Shown piece after piece: positions 1-10,781 of a stretch of 64,000 bases of DNA. The notes below the pieces were generated by a model. It made no database searches. It saw only the letters and a list, made by a program, of their open reading frames with translations, and had not been told where the DNA came from. Position 1 is the stretch's first letter, and the number at the start of each line of letters is the position of its first letter. The position numbers and the translations under genes were made by a program. The DNA comes from Blastocladiella emersonii ATCC 22665. Its lineage: Eukaryota > Fungi > Blastocladiomycota. The stretch spans positions 2,418,001 through 2,482,000 of the forward strand of contig JANHCV010000003.1 of assembly GCA_025594325.1 (NCBI GenBank), in the 5' to 3' direction.

Positions 1-20
1 GCCGCGCGACCGCCGAGGCC

Positions 21-2381
21 ATGGACGAGGCGCGCGCCGTCGTCGCCGCGTACGCCGCGCCTGTGGCCCGCGAGGCCCTTCGCCGCGTCACGGCCGACGC
101 CACGATGCTCGCGTCCGCGGCTGTCGGCGGCGGGGCTGGCGCCAAGTCTCCGCCCATCTCCTCCCCACCGCTGCAGGTCCAGCAACCGCGCCCGCACCGC
201 GCGAGCCTCGGCGAGTCCGTGTTCGCCGACCAGCCGCACCGCATGTCGGACCCGGCGCTCGATGCCGCGTGGCAGGCGCACCAGCACCCGCACGCGCAGC
301 ACGCGGCCCTGCCGCCGCGCGCCGCGAGCGCGGGACCCGACACGGGCGCGGGCGTGTTCCCGCCGCCGCCGTCCGAGTGGCAGGTGCACGCGGGCGGCCC
401 GCGGTCCGGGTCGCCGGTATCGGGCACCGCGTCGACCAGCTCGGCCCGCAACGCCGCCAGCGCGGCAGCGTACGCGGCGCGCCGCAGCGTCGGGTTCGTC
501 GAGGCCGTGGAAGTCGTCCGCCCGCCGTCGTCGGGGAAGCGCCGGCTCGGCCCGCTGAGCGCCCTGCGCAAGATCTTCCAAGGTAGTAGCGGGAACTCGT
601 CCGCGGCGCACCAGCGCAGCCGGAGCGCGAGTCCCGGCACCTCGTCGAGCCCGCCGCCGCCCGCGGCACCCACGACAGGCCGCGACCCAGCGCCGCCCGC
701 GCTGCGGACCAACCCGGCGGTCGCGCGCACCATCGCGTCGACGACGGACCTCGCTCGGTCCGAGTCGCAGATCTCGCGCCACATCCACCTCGCCGAGGCT
801 AACATGGAGCATAACGTGCGCCTGATCGCGCAGATCGGCGCGCAGGCCGCCGCGGCCGCGCAGGCAGGACCGTCGGGCCGTGGACCCGCGCCCGTCATGA
901 TGCCGCCGCCGCGCGCCATGACCGCGCCGCCGGCGCCCGTGCCAATGGCCGAGGCGGGGATGATGAGCAGCAAGCCGGCGACGCCGCGCCCGCGCGTCGC
1001 GATCCTCGACACCCCGCAGATCCACGAGATGACGCCCGAGTCGAGTCTCGCGCGCAGCAGCGAGATGCTCGCCGCGCTACCGCTGCCCGTCGCGCCGCAC
1101 CCTGCTGTCGCCGCTGCAGTGGAGACCATGCCGGTGGCGGCCGCGGCGGCGATCGAGGAGCCCGGCGCGCTCGACCGGTTCCTCCCGCCGTCGGCCGAGG
1201 AGGCCGAGGAACAGCAGCAGCAGCAGCAGCAGCGGGTCCGGTCGCAGTCGTTTGCGAGCGGCACGAGCGCGGGCGTGCCCGACAACGACGCCGCCGACGC
1301 CGTCGTCGTCGTCGCCTCCCCCATCATCGAGCCGCTCCCCGCCGCCAAATCCACCGCGAGCCCGCGCGCGACGGCGCTCAGCATGCTGGTGGGCGACGAC
1401 GCGAGCGGCGACGACGACGAGGACGCGGGCGACGGCGCCGAGCTGTGGCCGCTCGTCGAGCTGTCGTCGGACCGCCAGGCCGCGCTGCAGGTGCGCGCCG
1501 GGACTCTGGTGCGACAGATTGCGCGCGACGCGATCGGGTACTACGCGGCGAACGAGCCCGACGAGCGGCGCGCGCACTCGCGGCGCTGTCACGCCGCGTT
1601 CCTCGCGTACCGCGCGGCGCCCGCGATCCAGGGCCTGCACCAGGCGTGCATGCGGGTCACTCTCGCGACGCTCGTTCATGCGCTCGACTCGGTCAAGTCC
1701 GCGGCGGCCGGCGGCGGGAAGAAGCGGCCGGGCGCCGTCGGCCCGGCGCCGCACCTCCCCGAAATCCCGGACCCCGAGGAGCTCGCGCGCGTCCAGCGCA
1801 CGCTGCTCGGGTTCGTCGCTGCTTACACGGACAGCGGGCCGCCCTCATCCACCTCAACCCCCGCCGCTGGCGGAGCACCGGCCGTCGCTGGCCTCGCGCA
1901 GTACCTGTACCCGGCGCGCGTGGTCGCGGCCGCGTACGGCAAGTTCAAGCCGCCGCACCCGGTCGTGTACCGGCTGCTCGACCGGATCGCCGCGCTGCTC
2001 GTCCTCGCGCGCCTGACGGGGCTTTCGCTGCTGTACCCGGCGCCCGGCGCGCCGTTCGCCGCGGCCGCCATGGTGCGCGCGATCCCGCGCGGCATGCGGC
2101 TCGCGCCGCCCGAGGACGCCGGCGACGAGGTCGGCGCGTCGCTCGACCGCGCACCCGGCGGGAACGGCGAGGCTGAGGAGGACGAGGATCCGCGTGTCCT
2201 GCGCGACCTGTACGGTGGCGAGGCGACCGCCGCAGGAGCGGGCGACGACGAGGAGGAGGAGAATGTCGCGCTCGCGCTCGCCCGCGTCGATCGCGTGCAT
2301 CAGCTCGTGTTCCCCGGCCTCATTGACGCGCAGGGGCGGATCGTGGCCAAGGCGCAGGTCGTTGTCATGGCGTCTGCGTGA
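21..2381 (+). CDS. Hypothetical protein (786 aa): low-complexity N-terminal half, helical C-terminal domain ending in VFPGL...IVAKAQV
   Basis: Single long ORF with GC3-rich host codon usage and an AT-rich 3' flank; no family recognised with confidence. Confidence 0.8.
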   Translation: MDEARAVVAAYAAPVAREALRRVTADATMLASAAVGGGAGAKSPPISSPPLQVQQPRPHRASLGESVFADQPHRMSDPALDAAWQAHQHPHAQHAALPPRAASAGPDTGAGVFPPPPSEWQVHAGGPRSGSPVSGTASTSSARNAASAAAYAARRSVGFVEAVEVVRPPSSGKRRLGPLSALRKIFQGSSGNSSAAHQRSRSASPGTSSSPPPPAAPTTGRDPAPPALRTNPAVARTIASTTDLARSESQISRHIHLAEANMEHNVRLIAQIGAQAAAAAQAGPSGRGPAPVMMPPPRAMTAPPAPVPMAEAGMMSSKPATPRPRVAILDTPQIHEMTPESSLARSSEMLAALPLPVAPHPAVAAAVETMPVAAAAAIEEPGALDRFLPPSAEEAEEQQQQQQQRVRSQSFASGTSAGVPDNDAADAVVVVASPIIEPLPAAKSTASPRATALSMLVGDDASGDDDEDAGDGAELWPLVELSSDRQAALQVRAGTLVRQIARDAIGYYAANEPDERRAHSRRCHAAFLAYRAAPAIQGLHQACMRVTLATLVHALDSVKSAAAGGGKKRPGAVGPAPHLPEIPDPEELARVQRTLLGFVAAYTDSGPPSSTSTPAAGGAPAVAGLAQYLYPARVVAAAYGKFKPPHPVVYRLLDRIAALLVLARLTGLSLLYPAPGAPFAAAAMVRAIPRGMRLAPPEDAGDEVGASLDRAPGGNGEAEEDEDPRVLRDLYGGEATAAGAGDDEEEENVALALARVDRVHQLVFPGLIDAQGRIVAKAQVVVMASA

Positions 2382-2510
2382 ACATCGTGCGGGTAGCGAA
2401 TCATATAGTAGTTTAAGCTGGGGGCATGCATAGCGAATTCGTGGTGAGACTGAGGCAAATGCCCCAACTGTGGCCGCGAGGGAGTCAGAGCGATCAGGGT
2501 GGCGCATCAG

Positions 2511-2530
2511 TGTGGCGCAACGCGTCCGCG
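2511..2530 (+). promoter_or_regulatory. Recurrent intergenic motif TGTGGCGCAACGCGTCCGCG, copy 1
   Basis: Identical 20-mer at 35256-35275. Confidence 0.5.
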
Positions 2531-2728
2531 GCTGACTCACACATGAGAGGGGGCGCGCCGTATGCGCACCGCGAACTTTCTCCCGAACCGACGATATTAT
2601 ATTCGCGAAAATGAGGCAATGGAACACGAACATCGCTGCAGCGACCATGGCAGTACCTGCCTGATGAATGAACGCTGGGAGCAAGCGGGGGACGGTGGCA
2701 GAAAGCTGGCTGGACTGTGTGATGTATT

Positions 2729-3118
2729 TTACATTTTGTAGAGAACAAATCCCGCAGCAGCCGCAACAATGGTACCACCAATACCGACAAGGTAAAGGCT
2801 CGACCAGTAGTCAATACCATCGTCGTTTGTGTGGCGAAGGGATTCGTCCCGCGTGTAAGCCCGCGCAACGAGCTTGGCCGGCTCGCGATCGTTTTCGGCC
2901 ATCACCTCGCGCTGCATCTTGATTGTCCGGAAACTGCACTGCAACTTAAACTCCCACTCGTCGATGCACTTACGCGCCTCGTTGGTCAAAAGCGCAGCTT
3001 CGGCTTCAAACTCTTCCACTGGCCGTTCCGTGAGGTGGCGCCGTGAAAAACTCGGGTCTCGAGCGAGTTCTTCTGCTGGTGTCAGCTTGAGCCGCAGTTG
3101 CCCTTGGAGCCCCTCCAT
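2729..3118 (-). CDS. Coiled-coil fragment with C-terminal transmembrane helix; probably the 3' part of a gene interrupted by the element at 3121-6333
   Basis: ORF ends SLYLVGIGGTIVAAAAGFVLYKM; its start abuts the left end of the element. Confidence 0.5.
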   Translation of the reverse strand: MEGLQGQLRLKLTPAEELARDPSFSRRHLTERPVEEFEAEAALLTNEARKCIDEWEFKLQCSFRTIKMQREVMAENDREPAKLVARAYTRDESLRHTNDDGIDYWSSLYLVGIGGTIVAAAAGFVLYKM

Positions 3119-3391
3119 CGCCGAAACGGCTCCCAGCTTGAGGGGCCTGGCGTCACCCCTGACGTCAGGTCCGACGCGTGGGTCGCGACGCGATGGCTGA
3201 CGCCAGGGTCAAAATGTTTTTCATCAGGTCTGGCGTCAGACCACGCAGAAATCGTCGCGTCAGCCGTGACGCCAGGCCTGACGCAACGGTTGATGCGAGG
3301 GTCGGTGCCTGGTTCGCGCCACGCTTCCGGATTGCTCACGTGCTCACCCTGATAGGCATTCCGATAGACCGATTCGAATAATAGCTCTGTA

Positions 3392-4560
3392 TTAATCATG
3401 ATACGCCGCTGCTCGCGGCCGCCACCGCGCCCATCCGGCGCTCGCGGCCCGAGCTCTTCCGCGGCCGCCGTCGCCGCCACTCCTTGATGCGCGGGAACGA
3501 GTGCTTGAGCCGGTCTCGATGCCGCCGACCCGTGGCCGCCCGCCCACCTTCGACGTGGCAGTCGATCTTGATCGGGCTGAGCGGGTGCGCTTGATGGCCG
3601 CGCGGAGGCTGGCGCCCTTGATCTCCTTGAGTGACGCGATCTCGCACTTGGCGTCGGCGATGGCCACGGTCACTGGCCGTCGCAGCGAGTCGGGCTTGGA
3701 CTTCTGCGCCGCCGAGTGTCGTTGCCCTGGTGCGGAGGGGCGCAAGGTCAGCGACGCGGAGAGAGAGAGGGGGGCGGTGCGCGCGAGTCGTACCGCGTGG
3801 TCCTCGTAGCCGAGGGCGACTTGTCCTTGCACTGCAGCGAGTCGAGGACCTTGGCCTTGTCGATGTTGGCGCCAGCAAGCTGCTGCTTGATCTGCAGTGA
3901 GGCGCGTACGTGCGTGTTAGCGAGGGGCTCGAAGCGCGCATCCTAGGCCGCGGACCAGGTCGAGAACGCACCGTGATCGAGCATACCCTGGATCTCGCTG
4001 TACTTGACCTCGAACACCTTGGCGGGTGCGAGGAAGTCGATTGCCATGGTCGGGGCCGTGGTTGACGTTGCTCGAGGTGTTGACAGCCGTCGCGGACGCG
4101 TCCTTGGTGACCATGGCGGTACAGTCCGTGATCGAGTCGAGCTTGGCCTCGCCAACGCCTTGGGCACGCAGACGACGGCGCCCACGAGTGCCGACACCCG
4201 CAGCAAGTGAGAAAGCGTACCGCGTCGCGGAGCAGCTTGCCGGCCTTGATCACGGCGACGTGCTCGCAGTGTTACTACACGGCCGACGACGCGTCAGAAA
4301 GTGGGTCGCATTGTGGACGCGGCGATCCACGCGCACACCTTGTCGAACTCGGCCGTGCACACGCTTGGCGAGCCCCTTGTCGAGCAGCCTGGTCGCGTCG
4401 GGAGCTCGACCTTGCGCGCGTCACCGAGGTGGTCGATAGTGTCGGACGAGGCGCGCTTGGCGCGGGTCAGCACGAGCGCTCGGTGGGAAGTGGTCTGAAC
4501 AAGTTGGGCGACGTGGGGAACAAGTGAGCGGTGTTCGAGCGGCACAGCAGGGCGGCGAGT
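3392..4560 (-). pseudogene. Decayed multi-exon gene inside the Plavaka-like element (second ORF or cargo)
   Basis: Coding-like segments (AIDFLAPAKVFEVKYSEIQGMLDHG; HCEHVAVIKAGKLLRDA) broken by stops, frame changes and GT-AG intron-like spacers. Confidence 0.4.
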
Positions 4561-5199
4561 GATTAGGGGGTGATGACGGGCGCAACCGAGCCGATCCGCC
4601 GCGGAGGACGATCGGCAGCGGTCCCGCGCGTGGCGAGGTCGATAAGTGTCGAAAGGAAGGGCGGAAGTGGGGCGGATAAGTCGACGGAAAACGCGCGCTC
4701 GCGGCGACTCAGCACGACGCGGATGCACCGCCGCAGCGGCGACGTACGCCTCCTTGGTGGCCCCGGGCACGTCTCGGGGGTCGGTTCGTCGTCTTAGGCG
4801 AGCGTGCAGGCCGCGGACACGACTCGGACCCGGCGAGCGACGCGGCGAAGGCTGCCTCACGACGCGGGCGCCGCGTTGGCCGGCGCGGTGTGGGCAACGT
4901 ACGGGCAGGGCTGCATGCGATGGGGAGGGGATGGGTGCGTCGAATGCATGGTGATAGAGGGGTCGGGCGGGGACTTGGCGGTTCGGCGGGAGCGGCAGCC
5001 ATCCGCGCCCAACGCGCGCGCTGAACAAGGATCGGCGAAGGGCGGAAGCGTCACGTGGCATGACCTTCGCGTCCCTCGCCTCCCTCACCGCTCGACGCAC
5101 CATGCAAACCCATCTTGCGACTCTATGCAACCGACCTGAAATACCGAGCTCTACCTCTTGCTATGCCTGACGCTGTCAAATCTGTGTGTTTGCGCTCAC

Positions 5200-5974
5200 A
5201 CAGCTCCGATCTCGCGGTCAGAACTCGTCAAGTTCAAACTTCTCACGCTCTATGAGCTCCACTGCACTCTGCTCCGCGGATCAGCGCCGAGCGACCGGTC
5301 GCCCGAGTACGCTGAACTGGCCCTCGGCTGGTTCGACCAGGCCGCTCGCCTTGTGTGTGCGTGCCTCAACAACTACACCATGATCCACACGCCCAAGTAC
5401 CACTGCCTGAGCGAGTACGTCGAGTTCATCAAGCGCTTCGGCCCCACCACGAACCTGTCGACCGAGGCGAGGGAGCGCATGTACCAGTTCAACGCCTAGA
5501 TCGCGGCCAAGTTCACAAACCACACGGCGACCTCGACTGAGCAGATGTTATTACGCGTGGCCTCGTGCGAGGCCCTGCAGGCGATCGTGCGCACGCTCGT
5601 GAGGGAGTGCGACCCCGCAGTACAGATTTGCTTACTCTCGCGCGAAATGGAGCACCACTAACGCTCACATCGTCGCGATCGCATCACAGGAATACGAGGG
5701 CATGGACGAGGTCTTCAACAACCTGGCCGACGTGCGCCTAACCACGCTCAAGGCGACGACGTTTGACCGCATCAAGTTTGGTCCGGGGCGCGAGGTGCAC
5801 TTCTGTTTCGGCACGACCGCGAGCTCGAGCACGGACCAGCTCTCGACCCGTATCCCGTTCCTCGCCCAGATCCTCCATGGTTACCTGGCAGGGGACGCTG
5901 CACTCTCGGCGCAGCGCGCGGCTGACGATCCGTTGCTGGGCCCTGACGACGGCAAGGTACCCGCGTGCGCGTGA
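5200..5974 (+). pseudogene. Plavaka/CACTA-type transposase C-terminal fragment with an in-frame stop
   Basis: TPKYHCLSEYVEFIKRFGPTTNLSTEARERMYQFNA*IAAKFTNH...EQM matches the PKxH..HY...I..FG....STE..E motif of CMC/Plavaka transposases; TAG at 5497-5499 interrupts the reading. Confidence 0.7.
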
Positions 5975-6335
5975 TCTGCATCAAATTGCTACCGCGGCGG
6001 TGACTTAGCGTGTTTCGCGCCCGCGAACGACCCTTCCTCGAGGGCCGACGACGAGTTGGAGCGCAACACTCTCTCCGCCGCGTCAAAGTCTCTCATAGTC
6101 GCTCATAAACAAGTTGCATCAAGTTGGAGAAGAGTAGGACTCATGGTTCGTGGTCGGGGTATACGTGGCGGAGAGCCGGGACTCTCGCATCGCGAACCGG
6201 ACCCCCTCGCGTCAGACCTGGCGTCAGGTCCGGCCGAGGCTGACGCCAGCCCCGACGCGAGTTTGGCTGGGACCGCCGCCGACCTGGCGTCAGGGGTCTG
6301 GCGTCAGCCCTCGCGTCGCCAGGACCGTTTCGGCG

Positions 6336-6590
6336 AGGCTCCTTCCGCTGAAGGTCGTGAACTGCCACGTCGTCCGACAGATCCTTGAGCTTGTCGAGAG
6401 TATCGTTGACGCGCGTGTACGTCGCCGGAATCTCTCGATGCAACGAGAAGTCGAGAAATGAAGGTGGAGCCCGAGGTAGTTTCCTGCGCATCGTCGTGCT
6501 GGTCGCCCTCGCTCGCCGGTTCCTCCTCGCATGGCTCAGGCTGGTGGCGGAAGAACTTACGCCGTCCAAGAGCCTATGTCGCCGTAACAC
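6336..6590 (-). pseudogene. Probable 5' part of the gene interrupted by the Plavaka-like element
   Basis: Coiled-coil-like YTRVNDTLDKLKDLSDDVAVHDLQRKEP runs up to the right end of the element; no ATG start. Confidence 0.35.
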
Positions 6591-6621
6591 TTGGTCAGTA
6601 CCTCGCAGGTACGACCGTCAC

Positions 6622-7415
6622 CTAGTTCCCGCATGCGTCGCTGCTGCGGATAGATATATAGGCGCTCCAAAAATTACCCCACAGACCTTTCCCCCAAATC
6701 ACCACATACAGGATCACCTTTAGTGCAATCCCAACGAGGATCACGTACAGAACAATGTTGCCAACTAGAGACATGATCGAATCGAGCCAGCCTTCCGCAA
6801 CCTTGAGAGTGCCCGTATCATCACGAGTCGTCACAGTTTTTTTCGCTTGAGATTTGTTCACTTCGCGACGGTGTCCCTCGACCTCCTTCTTCTTGAGCGT
6901 GTCTAAAGCGATACCCGTCACAGCGACATACGTGGCAAACTGGTTGTCAAGCTCGGCAACCTGGCGAGTCAGCCGCTGATGCTGCTCGAGGGTCACTCGT
7001 GGAGATTGTAGGCGGGTAACCTGGCTGTTTCGGTTTCCGCGCCTTGACGGACGCTCCATCGATGAGCTCAGGTGCTGACTTGATGGCCACGGGAAGCGCC
7101 TCGATGCTAGTTTTTGCCGTGATGGCCTTGTCCGACCCGGCGCTTAGTACGGGCGTCAAGGTTTCTGAGGAAAGGTTGGAAGATGGCACTTGCTGATAGT
7201 TGATGAGAACATGGTGGTAATGTACTGGTCCGGTCAGAGTGAGAGAGGAAATACAGAAGAATTTTTGAGGGCCTTTTGACGCAGCTTGTACGAATGCACG
7301 CACGGAGTTGAGTGCGTCCCAGCGCTAGTGCACTGGTATGAGCGCTCGCGTGACTTGCATTTCCGAATGCTTCCTTTACCACGTGTTCCAATGAGGTGAA
7401 GGGATAACTCAACAA
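6622..7415 (-). pseudogene. Frameshifted coiled-coil protein with C-terminal TM segment
   Basis: Three overlapping minus-strand ORFs (7107-7415, 6947-7303, 6622-7059); the last ends in a long hydrophobic stretch; lower GC than host genes. Confidence 0.4.
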
Positions 7416-7557
7416 TCAAAATGGCAGTTGATCGTGGCGGTGATGGCTAGCCTCCGCGTCACTCACAGTAGAACGTTGACTTGCGGTTTACAAGCACCAA
7501 ATGAACAAGGTTTCTACTACATTCAACGTCTCAAGTTACGGATGTATTGAAAGGTTA

Positions 7558-8109
7558 CTAACTTTGCAAAACATAACTGATCGCGACAAAAACTAGGATG
7601 GCAGCCGTCCCAACCATGACTTCCTCGCCGAAATCCATCTTCTCCCGAGGCCTGTACTCGCGTCGACGGTCAAGTTCATTTTCGTGTTCCTCGAGAATTG
7701 TACGGGCTGCGTTGAAAGCCTCGGCCACCTTCGTGAGGTCCACCGCTGTTTTGGAGCCGCCTTTCCGACACCCACTGTACTCCAGCTGAAGGGAAGACTG
7801 GTAGGAATGCTGTCGCGGAATAGTTTGCTGATAGGTCTGCTGGTGGACAACTGGTCGCGGAGACTCTGACGCGAGGATCTTTGGACGCTGGGCAGCTGGT
7901 TTCGCAGCGGCTGCTGCAGCGAACTTCTTCTTCGTCCGCCCGTGTCCAAGTTCAGACTCTTTGGGAGGAACTTGCTCGACGTAGTGGAGCCAAATTTTCT
8001 TGGAAGCCAACTGTCGCCCCTTCCGCGGCCCTTGCGTCAAAGCATGAAGCCTGAGTGTTCCAAGCGCCGAGTTGGACGAGATTTGAGCAAACGCATTCTT
8101 GAGAGACAT
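7558..8109 (-). CDS. Small tail-anchored protein (183 aa; coiled coil plus C-terminal TM)
   Basis: ATG-initiated ORF ending VMVGTAAILVFVAISYVLQS. Confidence 0.6.
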   Translation of the reverse strand: MSLKNAFAQISSNSALGTLRLHALTQGPRKGRQLASKKIWLHYVEQVPPKESELGHGRTKKKFAAAAAAKPAAQRPKILASESPRPVVHQQTYQQTIPRQHSYQSSLQLEYSGCRKGGSKTAVDLTKVAEAFNAARTILEEHENELDRRREYRPREKMDFGEEVMVGTAAILVFVAISYVLQS

Positions 8110-8661
8110 TTTTTGCTAGTTAATGTTCGAATCAGAGTGGAGGGGAGGTGTAGGGTCAGTTGGTCCTTCTTGGATTGCACGGTTGAACGCGATGAAATGC
8201 ATTGCTCCTGACTGACTGCCCGTCTCGCAAAATGCGCTCCTCCGGCTTCACGTGCCGGCCACCAATCAGGTCATGAAGAATGCATGTCCTCGTGGTCGAT
8301 TATAGCTAGTTCTCGATACGCTATCATGTCGAAGCGACCAACAACGCGATTAAAGCTAGTAGTCAGGTGAAGGGTATATGTATTCGTTCGCTCACCGCGA
8401 GAGCGGGACTTCAGGAATGGCGTCCCTTGCAGAGGCACGGATGCATTCCACCAAGGTGCGTGACAGAGCGTGTTCGTGATCGCTTCCGTGATCGCGGTCA
8501 CGCGTCGGTGATGCTGCGCCACCTCCACGCCAGCCGTCGCGACGCCCAAGCCACGAACGCGGTCGCGATCCGTTCGACCCTGAAACGCCGCCCCTTCGCT
8601 GACACCTTGCAGCGGCGGACAACGACGCTCCCGCTCTCTTCTTGTCCGAACATGCAACACG

Positions 8662-9807
8662 ATGAACCATGAACCACCAAGGCCAACAACAACACTCCCT
8701 GCGCTCCCGGCCGAGCTGATCGAGGCGATCCTCGTGCGAGCCGCCCGGCTGCCGCTTCAGTCTCCGTCAGCGCTTCTCGCGTACCTCTCCGTCCTACCGC
8801 CAACGCCCAAAGTGCAGCGCGCCGTGATCCCGCGAATCCCATGGCTATCGCTCGACTCAGCGTCGGGGACGGGCAACCTGCGCGCGCTCGATTGGTGGCT
8901 GCACGCTTCGTCGCTCCCGCTCGAGTACACGTCCGAGGCGCTTCTGCTCGCGACACGTGCGCGACTGATCCCGGTCCTCGAGTGGTGGCGCACCTCGGGC
9001 CTTCCACTACGCTACGACTCGGCCCCGATGGTGTGGGCGTCGTGGGCGGGCGACACGGCGGTGCTCGACTGGTGGCTGGACTCGGGGCTCGAGCTGCGGT
9101 ACGACTCGCGGATCCTGACGCGGGCGTCGGACGCGGGCCGCGTGGATATCCTCGCGTGGTGGGTGCAAGCGGGCGTGCCGCTCGAGGTCTCGGACGTCGC
9201 CATGGGGCTCGCGAGCCTCAACGGGCACGTCGCGACGCTCGACTGGTGGCTGCACCGGTCGGGCCTGCGGGCGCACGAGCTCAAGTACTGCGAGCTCGCA
9301 ATGCAGTACGCGTCGGCGGCGGGACACGTCGCGGTGCTGCAGTGGTGGCGCGAGTCCGGGCTCGACCTGCTGTACGACGAAGACGCCATGACGGCGGCCG
9401 CGGCCGCGGGGAACACGGACGTGCTCGCGTGGTGGCGCGATTCGGGGCTCGAGCTTATGTACGACGAGCGGATCCTGGACGTGGCGGGGGGCGACGGCCA
9501 GCTCGCGGTGCTGGAATGGTGGCGCACGTCAGGGTTGCCGCCCACGTACACGGAGCAGGCGGCGACGCGGGCGTCGGAGCGCGGTCACGTCGCGGTGCTC
9601 GAGTGGTGGCATAAAGTGTCCAGCTGGCCGCTCAAGTACGACGCGCGGGCCATGGACGCGGCGTCGCGCGCTGGTCGTATCGAGGTGCTGCAGTGGTGGC
9701 AAGACTCAGGGCAGCCGTGCAAGTTTTCGCCTGAGGTCCGTCAAGTCGCTGCTGCGACAAGGCGAGTCGACGTCGTGGCGTGGTGGGACGAGTCCGGGTT
9801 GTTGTAG
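8662..9807 (+). CDS. F-box-like N-terminus plus divergent ankyrin-repeat protein
   Basis: LPALPAELIEAIL motif, then about 9 repeats of A...GHVAVLxWW..SGLxLxY. Confidence 0.85.
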   Translation: MNHEPPRPTTTLPALPAELIEAILVRAARLPLQSPSALLAYLSVLPPTPKVQRAVIPRIPWLSLDSASGTGNLRALDWWLHASSLPLEYTSEALLLATRARLIPVLEWWRTSGLPLRYDSAPMVWASWAGDTAVLDWWLDSGLELRYDSRILTRASDAGRVDILAWWVQAGVPLEVSDVAMGLASLNGHVATLDWWLHRSGLRAHELKYCELAMQYASAAGHVAVLQWWRESGLDLLYDEDAMTAAAAAGNTDVLAWWRDSGLELMYDERILDVAGGDGQLAVLEWWRTSGLPPTYTEQAATRASERGHVAVLEWWHKVSSWPLKYDARAMDAASRAGRIEVLQWWQDSGQPCKFSPEVRQVAAATRRVDVVAWWDESGLL

Positions 9808-10123
9808 AGACAATAGATTGTGTATTCCATTCAGCGTATCATGCGATCCACCAGGTATATGAACGGGAGCGCGGGTATCTCTTCCCGCTCGCTTGGCGTG
9901 ATAAATAGTGTATGATCGCGTGTCCGCCGCGCGAAGTCACTGAAGGCGAAAGAGGATCCCAGCAGGTTGCGCGCGCGCGAGAGAGAGCGGCGAAAGCATG
10001 CGTTGGAGTGTGGAGAGCAAGAGCGACACGAGTGTGGTGGTCGCCGACTTTGAAGCGCGAGCTCGGCCGATGCGGATCGCAGCAGCGGCTGCGCGAGGCG
10101 CTTGTCGACAGCTCAGCAAGATC

Positions 10124-10609
10124 TCACGGTCCCGCGACGCCGCACCGCGACCGCTTCACGCTCCGCGCGGCCTCCACAGACGCGTCAGGCGGTGCAGCAG
10201 CGTCCCGCGGTCGAACGCGTGCGTGATCCCGCTCCGCGACGGGTCCGCTGCAGACGTCCATAGGCTCACCCGCGTCGCCGTCCGCGATCGGGTGAAGCGG
10301 TTGAAGTGGAACCGGCCGAGGTGCAGGGGCGGGACGGGCCGCGGGAGCACCGACGTCGTCGTCGCCATCAATGTCGAGCTCCTCGTCCTCGTCCTCGTCT
10401 TCATCCGCGGGCGGTTCCGGGCTCGCGGGCGCCGTGGCGAGCGCGGCGAGACGGGACTGGACCGCGGCGTACTGCTCAGCCGCTGTCGCCGCCGTGGTCG
10501 TTGAGGGCGAGCCGGGCACTGACGATGGCGTCGCGGCAGCGGCGGCGGCGGCGGCCGCTTCGAGGGCCACGCTGCGTGATCTTCCTTGGGAAACCGAGGC
10601 CGTGCGCAT
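10124..10609 (-). CDS. Hypothetical acidic low-complexity protein
   Basis: ORF with poly-Ala and DEDEDEDEE tract and host codon bias; termini uncertain. Confidence 0.45.
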   Translation of the reverse strand: MRTASVSQGRSRSVALEAAAAAAAAATPSSVPGSPSTTTAATAAEQYAAVQSRLAALATAPASPEPPADEDEDEDEELDIDGDDDVGAPAARPAPAPRPVPLQPLHPIADGDAGEPMDVCSGPVAERDHARVRPRDAAAPPDASVEAARSVKRSRCGVAGP

Positions 10610-10781
10610 GGTCGTGGTGGTGGTGGTTCATTTAGTGTGATACATGACAGTGTGAGGGGGGAGAGCGAGGACTGCCGACGTCGCTGTCGAGCTTGATCAC
10701 CCCTTCCCTGTCGTACGACCTGCTGGCGAATGATGCTCTCCAATACAACTCGATGCAATACATTCCATGGATCGGATCAGG

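Larger units (their letters stand above)
3121..6333. mobile_element. Degenerate Plavaka/CACTA-like DNA transposon with imperfect inverted ends (about 150-200 bp)
   Basis: Terminal CCGAAACGG (3121-3129) and CCGTTTCGG (6325-6333), each flanked by CG; multiple CTGACGCCAG/CTGGCGTCAG copies at both ends; internal transposase fragment. Confidence 0.65.

Noticed and set aside
3119-6335. Clean in-frame restoration of the gene split by the Plavaka-like element
   Set aside because: Removing the element and one CG gives KEPRWRGSKGNCGSS*, one base out of frame with the downstream ORF, so the split-gene model remains tentative.
8271-8660. 129-aa minus-strand ORF
   Set aside because: Non-ATG start in the track, no motif, and it lies directly upstream of the ankyrin gene; insufficient support.
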